From: Leptonemataceae bacterium
GTDB lineage: Bacteria; Spirochaetota; Leptospiria; Leptospirales; Leptonemataceae
Length of the DNA: 64,000 bases
Reading direction: 5' to 3'
NCBI GenBank assembly: GCA_965227295.1
Contig: OZ245742.1
Span: 5,280,001 to 5,344,000, forward strand
Made by a program: the position numbers and the translations under genes. This document shows, piece by piece, positions 29,547 to 40,959 of the stretch (its first letter is position 1; each line of letters opens with the position of its first letter). Below the pieces are notes generated by a model. That model worked only from the letters and a program-made list of their open reading frames with translations, had not been told where the DNA came from and did no database searches.

Positions 29547-29897
29547 TCAGGACGGCGAGCAGGTTCGGGCGGCGGCCTCCGCCGATGCGACGTCTTCGTG
29601 GAGCGGAAAGAAATCCTGCAGGCGACTCAACTTCACGACCATGGCCACGGCGCGGGGTGCATTACAATAGAAGAGACCGCCACCGACCGTGCGAAACTTC
29701 TTCTGCGCGGCAATCAGGGCGCCGAATCCGGCGGAGTCGATGAACGAAACGCCGGTGAGATCGATGACGACCCGGATGCGATGTTCCTCTATGAGATGCT
29801 GGAAGGCCTCGGTCAGGTTCTCGTCGTTGTGCAGGTCGACCTGGCCTTCCAGGGCAAGGATCTGTACGCCGTCTTTCTCTTCGATATCGAAGTCCAT
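29547..29897 (-). CDS. STAS-domain anti-sigma-factor antagonist
   Basis: Start MDFDIEEK at 29897; 'VVIDLTGVSFIDSAGFGAL'. Confidence 0.9.
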   Translation of the reverse strand: MDFDIEEKDGVQILALEGQVDLHNDENLTEAFQHLIEEHRIRVVIDLTGVSFIDSAGFGALIAAQKKFRTVGGGLFYCNAPRAVAMVVKLSRLQDFFPLHEDVASAEAAARTCSPS

Positions 29898-29949
29898 AGG
29901 GCCTCGGACCATCGAAGAATCCGCGGACCGACAACACAAACTATTAATA

Positions 29950-30648
29950 TTACTGATTGCCCGTCGACGGGGCGAGGCCGGCGAGATCGCGTTCCAGTTG
30001 ATCCACGCGCTGTTGGGAAAACGAGGACAGATGCGGCCATACCAGGTCATCCTCCCGGAGCTCGCGCAGGACCTGTCGGGCCTCTCGGGCCCGGGCCTGG
30101 CGGGCGTAACACTCGGCGCCGTCGATGCGGAAGACGGCGAGATCGTCGTAAGATTGCAAACGCCAGTCCCGGGTGGAATTCCAGACTTCCCGGGTGTAGA
30201 CGTAGCCGTGTTCCTCGGCCAGGCCGAAGGCCGTGGTCAGGCCGATGCGGCTCACGCATTCTGTGGACGCAAGGCCGTCGGACTCCGCCGCAATTTCCAT
30301 GGCGATGATGGGACTGCACACCAGGGTACCGAACGCAATGCCCCCGCCGACGTAGACGACGGTCTCACCGACGGCAGTGGCGCCGCTCGCGGTCGCGGAC
30401 ACCACCGTGCCCGCCCCGCTTTGCGCCTGACCGGCCATGGTCGCCACGGAACGCCGACGATCGTACTCCCGCACCAGGGCGGCGCAGGTTTCCGGGGCGC
30501 CGTGAGGCGCGGAGTCGGTCGCGGAAGATGAGTCGGTTGTGGAAGATGAGGGCGAAGATCGATCCTGCGCCGGGGCTCGGTGTGCGGTCCCGGCGCAGGT
30601 CGGTAGCAGCCATAAACAGAGGGCCGACAGAAGGATGAGGGAAATCAT
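29950..30648 (-). CDS. Hypothetical lipoprotein (alternative start 30708)
   Basis: 'MISLILLSALCLWLLPTC' signal, Ser-rich linker. Confidence 0.6.
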   Translation of the reverse strand: MISLILLSALCLWLLPTCAGTAHRAPAQDRSSPSSSTTDSSSATDSAPHGAPETCAALVREYDRRRSVATMAGQAQSGAGTVVSATASGATAVGETVVYVGGGIAFGTLVCSPIIAMEIAAESDGLASTECVSRIGLTTAFGLAEEHGYVYTREVWNSTRDWRLQSYDDLAVFRIDGAECYARQARAREARQVLRELREDDLVWPHLSSFSQQRVDQLERDLAGLAPSTGNQ

Positions 30649-30781
30649 CGTTCTCGCCGCCACTGCGGAGGAGGAACCGGGGTGAGCGATTCTGTTCACG
30701 GCTCCCATTGGACGACACCGACCCGCCGGGGTTCAAGAATTTTCCGGTTGCGGGACTATCTTACGTACAAATCGTGCGAGC

Positions 30782-31606
30782 GTGAGCACTTTGCAAGAAC
30801 AGAAGCCGGATCGCGTCGTGGGTCTGATCCTGGACTGGGCCGGAACTGCCGTGGACCACGGCTGCATCGGTCCGGTGGCGGTCTTCCTCGAAGCCTTCGA
30901 ACGCCAGGGCGTGGAGGTAAACATCGAGGAGGCCCGGGGTCCCATGGGCATGATGAAACGCGACCACATCGTGGAGATGTGTAAGATGCCCTCGGTCCGC
31001 GAACGCTGGCGACAGGTGCACGGCCGCGATCCCGAAGAACGCGACATCGATGCCATGTACGCCTTCACCGAACCGCGCATGATCGAAGCCGTGGCGGAAC
31101 ACAGCGAACCCATCGCCGGCGTGCCTGAGTTCGCGGCGGAGATGCGCCGCCGGGGCATCAAGATCGGCAGCACCACCGGCTACACACGGTCGATCATGGA
31201 CGTGGTCACGGCGCGGGCCGGAGAACGCGGCTACGCGCCGGATGCGGTGGTGACTTCGGACGAGGTGCCCATGGGACGCCCGGCCCCGTACATGTGCTAC
31301 GCCGCCTGCATTCGGATGCAGATCTTCCCCTTCGCCGCCATGGTCAAGATCGGCGATACCGTGAGCGACATGCTGGAAGGCCGGAACGCCGGCATGTGGA
31401 CCGTGGGCGTGAGTCGCACGGGCAACGAACTCGGCCTCAGCGCGCAAGAGGTCGAGGCGGCCGCCGGAGACCTTCGCGAACGATTAAGTGCCATTGAAGC
31501 AAAGCTAAGAGACGCCGGCGCACACTACGTCATTGAATCCGCGGCGGACTGCCTGCCGATCATCGAAGCGATCGACGAACGACTGAAGAACGGGGAGCGC
31601 CCGTAA
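30782..31606 (+). CDS. phnX: Phosphonoacetaldehyde hydrolase (phosphonatase)
   Basis: [10 protein letters not shown], Schiff-base Lys in 'MGMMKRDHI', GRPAPYM, KIGDT. Confidence 0.95.
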   Translation: MSTLQEQKPDRVVGLILDWAGTAVDHGCIGPVAVFLEAFERQGVEVNIEEARGPMGMMKRDHIVEMCKMPSVRERWRQVHGRDPEERDIDAMYAFTEPRMIEAVAEHSEPIAGVPEFAAEMRRRGIKIGSTTGYTRSIMDVVTARAGERGYAPDAVVTSDEVPMGRPAPYMCYAACIRMQIFPFAAMVKIGDTVSDMLEGRNAGMWTVGVSRTGNELGLSAQEVEAAAGDLRERLSAIEAKLRDAGAHYVIESAADCLPIIEAIDERLKNGERP

Positions 31607-31617
31607 CCATACTCAAC

Positions 31618-32742
31618 ATGAACCTGGATCACATCCCCGATAACCCCTATCTCCTGCTCACCCCCGGCCCGCTCTCCACGTCAAAGGGCGTACGCGCCGC
31701 CTTGCTGCGCGACTGGTGCACCTGGGACGCGGAGTACAACGCCGTCGTCCAGGGCGTACGCTCGAATCTTGTGGAACTGGCCTGCGTGCGCGAACAGGAC
31801 CAGGCCGACTACACCTGCGCGCTCATGCAGGGCAGCGGGACCTTCAGCGTGGAGGCGGTCATCGGCAGCGCCCTCGCGGACGACGGTCGCCTGCTGGTGA
31901 TTGCGAACGGCGCCTACGGGCAGCGCATCGCGAAGATCGCGCAGGCCCTGCGCATCGATCACATCGTCCACGACTCCGGCGAAAGCGCCCCGCCGGATCT
32001 TAAACGTCTGGAAGAAACCCTGCGCGCGGATCCGAAGATCAGCCACGTGGCCGCGGTGCACTGTGAAACGACGACGGGCATGCTGAATCCGGCGGCGGAG
32101 ATCGGTCGCATCGTAACTTCCAGCGGGCGCATGTTTATCCTGGACGCCATGAGTTCTTTCGGCGGCACGGACTTTGATCCAGTGAGTGCCGGGGCGGACT
32201 TTCTCATTTCCAGCGCGAACAAATGCATTCAGGGTGTGCCCGGTTTCGGATTCATCGTGGCACGCCGGGAAGCCATGCAGTCGTGCGCGGGCCGGGCGCG
32301 TTCGTTGTCGTTGGATCTGTACGATCAGTGGCAGTGCATGGAAGAACAAAACGGGAAGTGGCGCTTCACGTCACCGACCCATACGGTGCGCGCTTTCGCC
32401 CGGGCCCTGGAAGAACTTACAGAAGAAGGCGGCATCCAGGTGCGCGCGAAACGTTACCGGGAAAACCATCGCCGCCTGGTCGCGGGCATGCGTGGCCACG
32501 GCTTTCGCACGTTGCTTCCCGACGAACTGCAATCTCCCATCATCACCGCCTTTCAGAATCCCGAGCATCCCGAATACGAATTCACAAGATTCTACGACGC
32601 GCTGAAAGCGCGCGGCTTCGTGATCTATCCGGGCAAGGTTACTTCGGCGAATACGTTTCGCATCGGTTCGATCGGACACCTGTTTCCGGAGGACGTGGAT
32701 CGCCTGATCGACGCCGTCGGCGCGGCGATCTACTGGCAATGA
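31618..32742 (+). CDS. phnW: 2-aminoethylphosphonate-pyruvate transaminase
   Basis: [49 protein letters not shown]. Confidence 0.96.
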   Translation: MNLDHIPDNPYLLLTPGPLSTSKGVRAALLRDWCTWDAEYNAVVQGVRSNLVELACVREQDQADYTCALMQGSGTFSVEAVIGSALADDGRLLVIANGAYGQRIAKIAQALRIDHIVHDSGESAPPDLKRLEETLRADPKISHVAAVHCETTTGMLNPAAEIGRIVTSSGRMFILDAMSSFGGTDFDPVSAGADFLISSANKCIQGVPGFGFIVARREAMQSCAGRARSLSLDLYDQWQCMEEQNGKWRFTSPTHTVRAFARALEELTEEGGIQVRAKRYRENHRRLVAGMRGHGFRTLLPDELQSPIITAFQNPEHPEYEFTRFYDALKARGFVIYPGKVTSANTFRIGSIGHLFPEDVDRLIDAVGAAIYWQ

Positions 32743-34025
32743 AGTCCCGGCGCAAAATCCTGTTTCTCGCCGACGACGATCAGGACTTCGTGGGTTCGTT
32801 GCGGACGCAACTGCAACACTTCGGCTACGAGATCCGTACGTTCGAAGATCCGAAGCCGTTGCAATCCGCTCTGGGAACCGTAGAAGACGACGAAACGCCC
32901 GCGGCCATCTTGCTGGACATCATGTTCTCCGGGGACTACCACGCCGGTCTGCGGGCCGCGGAGCGCCTGGGCCGCGACGACGTGCCGGTGCTGTTTCTTT
33001 CGGCGCGGGACGATCTGACCGCGCGCATCGAAGCCATTCGCGCCGGCGGTGCGGGTTATTTCTCGAAACCCGTGCAGATCGGCGCCCTGGTGGACCGCCT
33101 CGACGAAATCTTCCAGGCCGCCACCGCCGATCCGTACCGCATTCTCATTCTGGAAGCCGACCGCAAGATCGCCGAGGAGTACGCCTGGATTCTGGAACGC
33201 GGCGGCATGAGTACTCAGATCGCGGAAGATCCCGAACGCATCTTCGACATCATGACGGAATTCAAGCCGGAGCTGTTGTTGTTGGAACACGATCTAAAAA
33301 CACATACCGGCGGCGAGATCGCCCGCGCGGTCTCTCAGCACGAGGCCTTCTTCAACGTCCCGGTCGTCTTTCTCTCGGATAAGACCGATCCGAATCTGCA
33401 CTTCGAAATGCTCGCGGCCGGCGGCGACATCTTTCTGAGCAAACCGCTGCTGCCCGAACATTTGTGTACGGTGGTGCGTTCCAAGGCCGCGCGTTCGCGT
33501 AAGGTCCATTCCCTGGCGGTGCGTGACGGACTCACGGGACTCTTGAACCACGCGGCGGCGAAGGACGAACTGATCGCCCTCTTCGCGCAGGCGGAACGTC
33601 AGAAAGCGCATCTCTCGGCGGCCATGCTCGACCTGGATCGCTTTAAAGAAATCAACGATACCTACGGCCACGCCGCCGGGGACCGCGTGCTCATGGCCCT
33701 GGCACGGATCTTAAAGCGACGGCTGCGCAAGTCGGACGTGGTGGCGCGCTACGGCGGCGAAGAGTTTTTGATTCTCCTCCCGTTCACGACGGCCGGGGCG
33801 GCGGCCGCGGTCATGAACGAGGTCCGCAAGAACTTCGGCTCCCTGGAACACTCGGCCTCCCACGATCGTCGCTACCGCTGCACGTTCAGTTGCGGCATCG
33901 CCGATCGTTCGTTTGAAAAGGGCGGCGGGGATCCGGACGAGCTGGTGGACGCGGCGGACCGAGCACTCTACCGGGCGAAGCAGGACGGCCGGGACCGGGT
34001 CCGCATCTTCCGTGACAATTCGTAA
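32739..34025 (+). CDS. REC-REC-GGDEF response-regulator diguanylate cyclase
   Basis: Start at the ATGA overlap with phnW; two receiver domains; RKSD I-site and GGEEF. Confidence 0.92.
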   Translation: MKSRRKILFLADDDQDFVGSLRTQLQHFGYEIRTFEDPKPLQSALGTVEDDETPAAILLDIMFSGDYHAGLRAAERLGRDDVPVLFLSARDDLTARIEAIRAGGAGYFSKPVQIGALVDRLDEIFQAATADPYRILILEADRKIAEEYAWILERGGMSTQIAEDPERIFDIMTEFKPELLLLEHDLKTHTGGEIARAVSQHEAFFNVPVVFLSDKTDPNLHFEMLAAGGDIFLSKPLLPEHLCTVVRSKAARSRKVHSLAVRDGLTGLLNHAAAKDELIALFAQAERQKAHLSAAMLDLDRFKEINDTYGHAAGDRVLMALARILKRRLRKSDVVARYGGEEFLILLPFTTAGAAAAVMNEVRKNFGSLEHSASHDRRYRCTFSCGIADRSFEKGGGDPDELVDAADRALYRAKQDGRDRVRIFRDNS

Positions 34026-34033
34026 GATCGAAC

Positions 34034-34765
34034 TTACTGATTGTTAGCAGCCGGTTCTTTAGAATCGGCCGACTCGTTCGACTCCGGACGCCGTTCGAGG
34101 TTGGTCAGCACTTCGCTGTTGTAATTTTCGGGGAAGCCGCTTTCCGCAGCGGCGTTTAATCTGCCGGCGGCGCCCCGACGATAACAGACCTCGGGCAGGC
34201 TCGCCTCCGAATCTTCGTACTGCCATTCAAAGCAAACCTGCTCTTCACGAATTCGCCAGGTACCCGCGATCTGTACACAATCACAACCGGACACGTCGCA
34301 GCCGCCGAAGAGCCGGGCCTCAAAGCTACCGTCCTCATTCACCGCAATGCGCGAACGTTCGCCGTCGCAAAGATTCTCGCCCTGCCAGACACCGACGTAT
34401 TGCGCATCCTTTTCCGGACGTACGCCGGGGCTCACCTCACGTTCCTGGCCCAGGTAACCACCGAAGACCCAGCCCTCCACGGCGCCGTGGCGCACACGGA
34501 CCCAGGGCGCTTCGATGTTATCGATGGTCACGGGAGCGCTCTCTTCGAGGATCTCCACCCGGGTTCCCTGGGGCAACAGTCCGAGCCGCGTGGACTCGGT
34601 GTTCGGTTCCGAACGCATGCGGAGTCCGGACGACGCGCTTACGAAACGAAACTCCGCCTCGCCCGGCTGCGAAGTTTCGGAACCGCAAGCAAGCAGTAAC
34701 ATTACAAGAAGAGAACTTAGTATCTTAGACTTTGCCGTGAAAAACATAAGTTTGGTTCGATTCAT
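34034..34765 (-). CDS. SH3-domain lipoprotein
   Basis: LLLAC lipobox; 'GLRMRSEP...WVRV...EGWVFGGYL'; start uncertain (34765 or 34747). Confidence 0.8.
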   Translation of the reverse strand: MNRTKLMFFTAKSKILSSLLVMLLLACGSETSQPGEAEFRFVSASSGLRMRSEPNTESTRLGLLPQGTRVEILEESAPVTIDNIEAPWVRVRHGAVEGWVFGGYLGQEREVSPGVRPEKDAQYVGVWQGENLCDGERSRIAVNEDGSFEARLFGGCDVSGCDCVQIAGTWRIREEQVCFEWQYEDSEASLPEVCYRRGAAGRLNAAAESGFPENYNSEVLTNLERRPESNESADSKEPAANNQ

Positions 34766-34776
34766 TTTACGATTAT

Positions 34777-34838
34777 TTGGGCGCCTCGCCGCCTTCGGCG
34801 TCGACCGGGCTGGAAAACCTCGGTCCCTCGGTCCTCGG
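34777..34838. repeat. Truncated copy of the intergenic repeat family followed by CCTCGGTC(C) units
   Basis: TTGGGCGCCTCGCCGCCTTCGGCG-T-CGACCGGGCT matches the reverse complement of 54247-54281. Confidence 0.7.
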
Positions 34839-34854
34839 AGTTCATCTCCTGCTT

Positions 34855-36000
34855 TCAAATCCGCACTTCAATCGCCGCAGCAGTGCGTTCCATGTCGAAG
34901 TCCCGGCGCGCGATGTCCTTCGCGTTGCGACCGAAACGTTTGCGCAGTTTCTCGGACTCCGCCAGTTGGCGCATACGTTCCGTGGTCTCTTCGACGTTGC
35001 CTGGCGCCACCACGAATCCGGAGACGCCGTGCCGGACAATCTCTTCGACGCCGCCCAATCTTCCGGAGATGACGGGAATGCCGAAGTGCGCCGCTTCCAT
35101 GAAGACCATGCCCAACGACTCCACGTCGTCCTCGACCTCCCGGCCCGGCTGGATGAGTATATCGGCGCGTTGAAACAACGAGGCCAGCGCCGCGTCGTTC
35201 AGGAAGCCGGTCATGGAAACCATCTCCTGTAGTTCGTGAATGCGCACGAGTTCCTTCAAGTATGTGTACTCCGGTCCGGAACCGGTCAAGACGAAATGCA
35301 GGTGATGCCGCAGATCACGCAGTTCGCGCAGGGCCTGAATGGCCACATCGAAACCCTTGCGCGGCAAAAACGGCCCCAGGCCGAGCATCAGCACTCTATT
35401 TTTGACACGGGACTGCAATTTTTCCGGAAGCGGATTGCGGCGGCGCCCGGTCCAGCGCGGTTCGAATCCCGGCGGCAGCACCGTAATGCGTTCTTCGGGA
35501 ATGCCGTAACCGCGCGCGTCGCGGGCCAGGTAACGTGAGATGGCGAAGATGTTGCGCGCCCCCATAACCAGCCGGCGCTCCAGGATGCGCGTGAAGCCGA
35601 GTTTGTTTTTCAGATTACCGCCGGTCAAAAAGACGGAGTACGGAATGCCGGCCAGGTACGCGCGCGTGGCGATGATGCGCGAGGTGCGATTGATGTCGCT
35701 CAGGAGAATGTGATCCGGACGGAATTGATCGAGGCGCTCGCGAAACAACGCCTCGATGCCCTCGCGGCGGCGGCGATTCCAGAAACCGTTCTGCACGCCG
35801 CTGGTGCGATAAACGGCATACGCTTCTTTTTGATCGAAGCTGCGAATGTCTGAATCGTTGCAGAAGTAGTGCCGCCGGTCGGCGGCCACCAGGACCTCCA
35901 CGTCCTCCGGCTGCCACTGCCGAACGATGCCGGTGAAGAGCGCTTCCAGTCCGCCAGGTTCCGGCCGGAAAAAATCCGTCAGCAGCAGGACTCGTTTCAT
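34855..36000 (-). CDS. Glycosyltransferase family 4 (GT-B)
   Basis: FRPEPGGLE, PRKGFD, 'ESLGMVFMEAAHFGIPVI'. Confidence 0.92.
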   Translation of the reverse strand: MKRVLLLTDFFRPEPGGLEALFTGIVRQWQPEDVEVLVAADRRHYFCNDSDIRSFDQKEAYAVYRTSGVQNGFWNRRRREGIEALFRERLDQFRPDHILLSDINRTSRIIATRAYLAGIPYSVFLTGGNLKNKLGFTRILERRLVMGARNIFAISRYLARDARGYGIPEERITVLPPGFEPRWTGRRRNPLPEKLQSRVKNRVLMLGLGPFLPRKGFDVAIQALRELRDLRHHLHFVLTGSGPEYTYLKELVRIHELQEMVSMTGFLNDAALASLFQRADILIQPGREVEDDVESLGMVFMEAAHFGIPVISGRLGGVEEIVRHGVSGFVVAPGNVEETTERMRQLAESEKLRKRFGRNAKDIARRDFDMERTAAAIEVRI

Positions 36001-36089
36001 CGTCTCTCAACGGGAGAAAAAATTCGAAAGTGCGGAACAGGGCTCCAAAAAACGCGGAACGATTGAATCTTTAAATACCTTCCTTCGGG

Positions 36090-39000
36090 GTGAAACATGC
36101 AAACCCAACCAGAGTCCATGTACGATTCGGGCAAACACGGGGCAACCCGAAAATGCGAAGCCCGCAGAGCCTTCGCATTTACCGTGTTTCGTCACCGTTC
36201 TTCCTCTTGCTCTGCTGCTTCCTGCGCTGTGCGGCGCACGATGGTCCGGCACCGTTTCTGTTCGCCGCGCCGCCCGGCGGGCCGGTCCCCTATCTGGATT
36301 TCGCGTGGATAGAACTTACCGGTGCGGGCAGCTTTCCCGCCCTGCCCGCATCCATCGCGGGGGATTCGCTCCCGCCCGGGCTGTCGCGGCGACCGGCCGT
36401 CCTGCGCCTGGAAGATGGGCGTTTCTGTCTCTCCGCCGTGCCGATTTTTTACGCACGCGAGGAACAGGGTGCCGGCCTGCGTTTTCTCCACTGCGGTGAA
36501 GCCTGGCGCAACCCGGAGCTGCAATCCGTCCTCACCGTGCTTACGGAATCTCCGGACCCCGCGGCCACGGCCTACCCGACGTACGTCGGTCCGGGCGTGT
36601 CGATCTTTATTGCGCGCCCCGCCGAACTCCGGGCACGCATCGGCACTGTCCTTGCCTCGGTCGACGGGGCTCCGAGCGCGCAACTCCCCGGCTGGAAACT
36701 CGCCGGGCGGGATCTGCGTTACAGTTACTCCGGCTCCGGGGAGCCCGCGGCCCCGCCGGCCCTGCCCCGGCGATTTCCTCTGAGTTACTTTCATTTACTG
36801 TTAACGCAGGAGCATGCGTATCTCGCGTACGAATTCGAGTCTTCCGGCGATCGCCTGCTCGTAATCGCCCTGCACGATGCCGGCCTGAGCACAACGCTGC
36901 TCGCGGCCCTGCAACGCCTGCGCGGCGTGCAACACGATGTACTGCAGCGCGCCGGCCGCGACGGTGTTCATCCCGCGGAGGACTATGTCAGCGAGCTTTA
37001 CTTTCGTGACCAGGGCCCGGCCGACGAGTACATTGAGTTCGCGGGCGACAACGAGAGCCGGCTCATAGAAATCCGCTTCGCCGCGGACGGCAAACCGTAC
37101 GCAGGACGCTCGGAGATCTTCCTATTCCCGCACGCGGCTTATCTTCTAACTCACAAAGATCATAAGTTAAATCTCAAGCGAGAACTCACGTTTCCCAACG
37201 GCCGTTCTCTGCGCCTCGCGGATATGCAACCCGCCTCCGGACTTCGGGCATTCGTTCGCGAGGCCGGGATGGACCCGCAGCCGTTAGGGCCGGCCCTGCA
37301 GTGTTACGGCGGTGCCGGTCCGTGCGGATCGGCGGGACTCGCTCCGACCTTCGCGAGATCCGCCTCCGCGCAGACCGGAGGCGCCGGGGCATGCAGCACG
37401 GAAGATGTAAGCCTGTCCGAGCTGAACTTTAGCGGCGTCTTCGAGCCGCAGTCCGGGCGCATCCAGGCCGGCGGCCGATTCGTCGAAGTCGAACTGCGCT
37501 CCGATTGTCGCCCCGACTCGCTCGCGCTCATCGCCGGGAATGCCGTAGTGGAATTCGGGCGGCAGCCCGCCCGGCGCGTGCTGTTCACGGCCGACGGTGA
37601 GTACTTCGCCGATCTTCCCGGGCAGGCACGTCTGGTGTTGCATTCGAAGCTCCGACACCTCACCGCCGACGATACGATCCTGGTCCATGACTGGCGCAGC
37701 GGCCGGCAGCGAATCCTTCGTTACGGAGAAGACGTTGCTCATTGGACCGGTACCGCCCGGACAGACAGTGCACCGTTGCGCGCGGTGCATTCGCTGGAGT
37801 TCGCGGGGACCCCGGCGCCGGACTACACGGGCCCGCGCGCGATCGGACTACGCCCGGACCTGCTCGCCGACAACGCCATGACTCCAGGCCATGCCGGAGT
37901 TTCGGAAACGACGTCGGAAGATCTCCCGACCTTCGCCGAGATCCTGCCCCAGGGCGGGCGGAATGCAGACGGCGTTTCCCTGCCGGACGAAGAGTTCATT
38001 GAGTTCCGGAACGCGCTAACATCAGGCAAACACAATCTAACGATGCTTGAGCTGGAGGTCGTGCGCGAGCGGGACGGCGACCGGCGGCGCTACCGGTTCC
38101 CCGCCATGCCCGGCGTAGCGCGCTTCACAATCGCCGACGGCGAACCCGAGTGCTTCGCCGCCGGGCCCGGCCTCCGGCTCAACGATCTGCACCTGCCCAA
38201 CGAGGCGGCCGTCTACCGGCTGCGCAACAACACGGGCACGCTGGTAGACGAACTGCGCATCGATGCATCGACCTATGCTCGACTCGACGGGGATCCGCGC
38301 ACGAGCCTGAGCCGCTGCTTCGGCTGCGCAACCGACGGCGAACCGGTATGGCGGCCGACGGACGGCGAGGCCGCCCGCAGCGATCTTTGCGCCGGCCGCA
38401 CCTACGCCAGCCCCGGCCGCCCGGAATCCTTCCGGCCCTTTCTGAGCACGGAAGCACTAACTTCCAGTACACGCAGGTTTACACTTCACAGCGACGTTGA
38501 CCGGGAACTGCATTTCCTGGCCGGCAACGATTTGAATACGCCCGCGTTGCGTGCGCAGGCCCCGGACCGGATCTCGGTCCGGCTGTCTCCCGGACAGTCC
38601 TTCGAGTTCACGCCGTCTTTTACCGGAAATCGCTTCCGTGCGATCTATGCCGTAAGCGACAACGGCGATGCGATCCTCGCCTTCGGTGAGGCGCATCCGC
38701 CCGGCCGGCACGTGCTGGCAGTCCACGCCGTTTCTCCCACGCCCGGCCCCGGCGCTTATGAATGGTTCCGCGTTTGTTCGCCCGACGGCTTTGCCCTGGA
38801 ACCTGGAACAAGCCTGCACATCCGTGACGGCGGCGGCTTCGAAGACGAGCTCATCTCGTACGCCGAACGTTTCCCGCAACGCAACCTGCCCCCGGCGTTC
38901 CGGCACTCAACGGAAACGGATCTTACGATCCCGCCCGGTCGCTGCGCGGTGATCGTGGATCCCGATGACGAACTCACCGATGCCGGCCGCATACCGCTAC

Positions 39001-39260
39001 TGGCCGACGACGTCCGCCTCTGGACCGTCCGTTCGTCCTCTACGATCGGCAACGGCTTGAGTTCCGCGGAAAGCATCCTGCTGTTTCTTCGCCGGGGCAC
39101 GCAGCACGAACACCTGGCAACCTACGGCCTTCCCGACGGCCCGGAGTCCTTCGGCCTCGGCAGCAGCGGCGGGTACTACGTGCGTCGCATCGACGTTATG
39201 CACGACAACGACCGGCCGGAGTCCTACGTCGTAGACCGACTCCCGGAGGTGGCCCCGTGA
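36090..39260 (+). CDS. Large exported protein or lipoprotein with lamin-tail-like beta-sandwich modules (start may be 36153)
   Basis: Hydrophobic signal with Cys; repeated 'SE(L/I)...DE(Y/F)IE' and '(T/S)PG' motifs; overlaps the next gene (GTGA). Confidence 0.75.
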   Translation: MKHANPTRVHVRFGQTRGNPKMRSPQSLRIYRVSSPFFLLLCCFLRCAAHDGPAPFLFAAPPGGPVPYLDFAWIELTGAGSFPALPASIAGDSLPPGLSRRPAVLRLEDGRFCLSAVPIFYAREEQGAGLRFLHCGEAWRNPELQSVLTVLTESPDPAATAYPTYVGPGVSIFIARPAELRARIGTVLASVDGAPSAQLPGWKLAGRDLRYSYSGSGEPAAPPALPRRFPLSYFHLLLTQEHAYLAYEFESSGDRLLVIALHDAGLSTTLLAALQRLRGVQHDVLQRAGRDGVHPAEDYVSELYFRDQGPADEYIEFAGDNESRLIEIRFAADGKPYAGRSEIFLFPHAAYLLTHKDHKLNLKRELTFPNGRSLRLADMQPASGLRAFVREAGMDPQPLGPALQCYGGAGPCGSAGLAPTFARSASAQTGGAGACSTEDVSLSELNFSGVFEPQSGRIQAGGRFVEVELRSDCRPDSLALIAGNAVVEFGRQPARRVLFTADGEYFADLPGQARLVLHSKLRHLTADDTILVHDWRSGRQRILRYGEDVAHWTGTARTDSAPLRAVHSLEFAGTPAPDYTGPRAIGLRPDLLADNAMTPGHAGVSETTSEDLPTFAEILPQGGRNADGVSLPDEEFIEFRNALTSGKHNLTMLELEVVRERDGDRRRYRFPAMPGVARFTIADGEPECFAAGPGLRLNDLHLPNEAAVYRLRNNTGTLVDELRIDASTYARLDGDPRTSLSRCFGCATDGEPVWRPTDGEAARSDLCAGRTYASPGRPESFRPFLSTEALTSSTRRFTLHSDVDRELHFLAGNDLNTPALRAQAPDRISVRLSPGQSFEFTPSFTGNRFRAIYAVSDNGDAILAFGEAHPPGRHVLAVHAVSPTPGPGAYEWFRVCSPDGFALEPGTSLHIRDGGGFEDELISYAERFPQRNLPPAFRHSTETDLTIPPGRCAVIVDPDDELTDAGRIPLLADDVRLWTVRSSSTIGNGLSSAESILLFLRRGTQHEHLATYGLPDGPESFGLGSSGGYYVRRIDVMHDNDRPESYVVDRLPEVAP

Positions 39261-40924
39261 ACCGTCGCATCGTACTAACTTCATATATACTAACATTAGC
39301 GACGGGGGCCATCTTCGCGCAGGAGATGGAGACCCCGCCCGGGAATGCTCCGATCGAGAAATCCGCGCGAAATCGCTGGCACTTTGAGTTGCAGGCCGGT
39401 GCGGGAGGCGCGCGCATTCGTTCGGCGGGCGAAGGACCGGAGGATTCCTCGCCCGCTTCGCTGACGGATCAGTTTCAATCCGCGGGGATTGTCATCGACA
39501 GTCGTTCCGAAGAGCCGGAAGATTCATCGCCGGACTCCGGCGTACGCGCGCTCTTTCGCCTGCGCGCGGGATTGCAGTTGAGCCTCGGCGAACATCGCTA
39601 TGCGCGCCGTAGTTCCACTGACGGGCGCCGTGAAGACGAAGCCGTACAATCCTTTGCAGTGCTCCCGGGCAACGATCTATACGCGGGCGTGAGTTTCTGC
39701 AGTGCCCCGGAGAATGCCGCCCCGTTAGAGTCTACTGAAAATACATTAACGGATAACCTTGAATGCGCTTTTCTTCTGGGGCGCGCGGGCGGCGATCCGC
39801 TGTTCCATCGTTTAAGCGGCAGCCACGGTTCACTAACGGGTGTGCATCTCACCTTTGCCCTGCCCCTGACGGGACGCCTGGTGATCAGTCCGCTCCACCG
39901 GCCGGAACTCGCCGGCACCTACCTGGAAGCACGGGATGATCCGCGCGCGGACGCTTACGCCGGCCGCACGGCCATCCCCGGTATGTATTACGGCGCGAAC
40001 CGTCGCGACGCGGACTTCTTTACGGTAGCGCGGAGCGCCGAAGCCTACGGGAGCCGCGCCGCCTTCACGGCCGGTCATTCCATTTTTCGCATCGGGTTCA
40101 GCTATGATCATCAGTTGCGCCGGGACTCCGCTCCCCGGGAGATCCCCGACGAACAGCGCCGGCTCGATCACATCGAATACACCGGCTTCGGGCTCGGCCT
40201 GAGCAACGATCACTTAGCTTCCACAAAAGATACATTAGTATACCACGCCTTCGTCCACCTGGAACGTTCGGCGGGTTCCTACCGTACGTTGCTCGCGGAC
40301 GAAAACGCGGAACGCTCCACGCGCATAGAAGGACACGCCCTGTCCACCGGGGCCGGCCTGAGCTACGGCCGTCTGGCGTTCGGGTTGGCTTTTTTTCTAC
40401 CGGAGCCGGGACGAACCACTGAAGGCTCGAATCCTGTCTCCGTCGAAGAGAGTGGTTACGTGGGCTTCGGTGATAGTTTGATCCATGCGCCCATACTCAG
40501 CGACACTCTGAACGCCCGGGCCTTTCCGTCGGCGTGCCCGTACGCCGCGGCGTGTCACGGTCTGCTCACGGAAACCAACGCGGACGGGGAAGGCTTTCGC
40601 AATCACGCGGCGATGTTTTCCGCGCATGTAACGTATCGCGGGGAGCGCGTGTTCGTACGCCCTTCGGTAACGGTGTTTTCCATGCTCGCGAAACGGCCCG
40701 CGACGGGCGGCGGCACTACGCCCTTTGCGAAACTGAAGAAGGATCCGCACGGCTTTGAGTTTCGCGAGTACGATCTGCGGCTCGGCTACGCCATTCCCGA
40801 CGGCGCCCTGGAGTTGCTCTACGCGCGTCTGTATCGCCGCGGCGGCTCCGGCACCGGAGGCGTTGATCGCCGGGAACGGCTCAAGGGCGAGGCGTTGTTC
40901 CTGCGCTTTCGTTACTATCTTTAA
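39257..40924 (+). CDS. Putative outer-membrane beta-barrel protein
   Basis: Signal peptide ending IFA-Q; alternating amphipathic strands; C-terminal 'LFLRFRYYL'. Confidence 0.7.
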   Translation: MNRRIVLTSYILTLATGAIFAQEMETPPGNAPIEKSARNRWHFELQAGAGGARIRSAGEGPEDSSPASLTDQFQSAGIVIDSRSEEPEDSSPDSGVRALFRLRAGLQLSLGEHRYARRSSTDGRREDEAVQSFAVLPGNDLYAGVSFCSAPENAAPLESTENTLTDNLECAFLLGRAGGDPLFHRLSGSHGSLTGVHLTFALPLTGRLVISPLHRPELAGTYLEARDDPRADAYAGRTAIPGMYYGANRRDADFFTVARSAEAYGSRAAFTAGHSIFRIGFSYDHQLRRDSAPREIPDEQRRLDHIEYTGFGLGLSNDHLASTKDTLVYHAFVHLERSAGSYRTLLADENAERSTRIEGHALSTGAGLSYGRLAFGLAFFLPEPGRTTEGSNPVSVEESGYVGFGDSLIHAPILSDTLNARAFPSACPYAAACHGLLTETNADGEGFRNHAAMFSAHVTYRGERVFVRPSVTVFSMLAKRPATGGGTTPFAKLKKDPHGFEFREYDLRLGYAIPDGALELLYARLYRRGGSGTGGVDRRERLKGEALFLRFRYYL

Positions 40925-40959
40925 GTTTCGGAAAAATTACTCTAATAACGGAGGCCTTT

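Noticed and set aside
32223..32738. N-terminal extension of the GGDEF ORF (600 aa in the track)
   Set aside because: It overlaps phnW. The receiver domain begins at the ATG at 32739.
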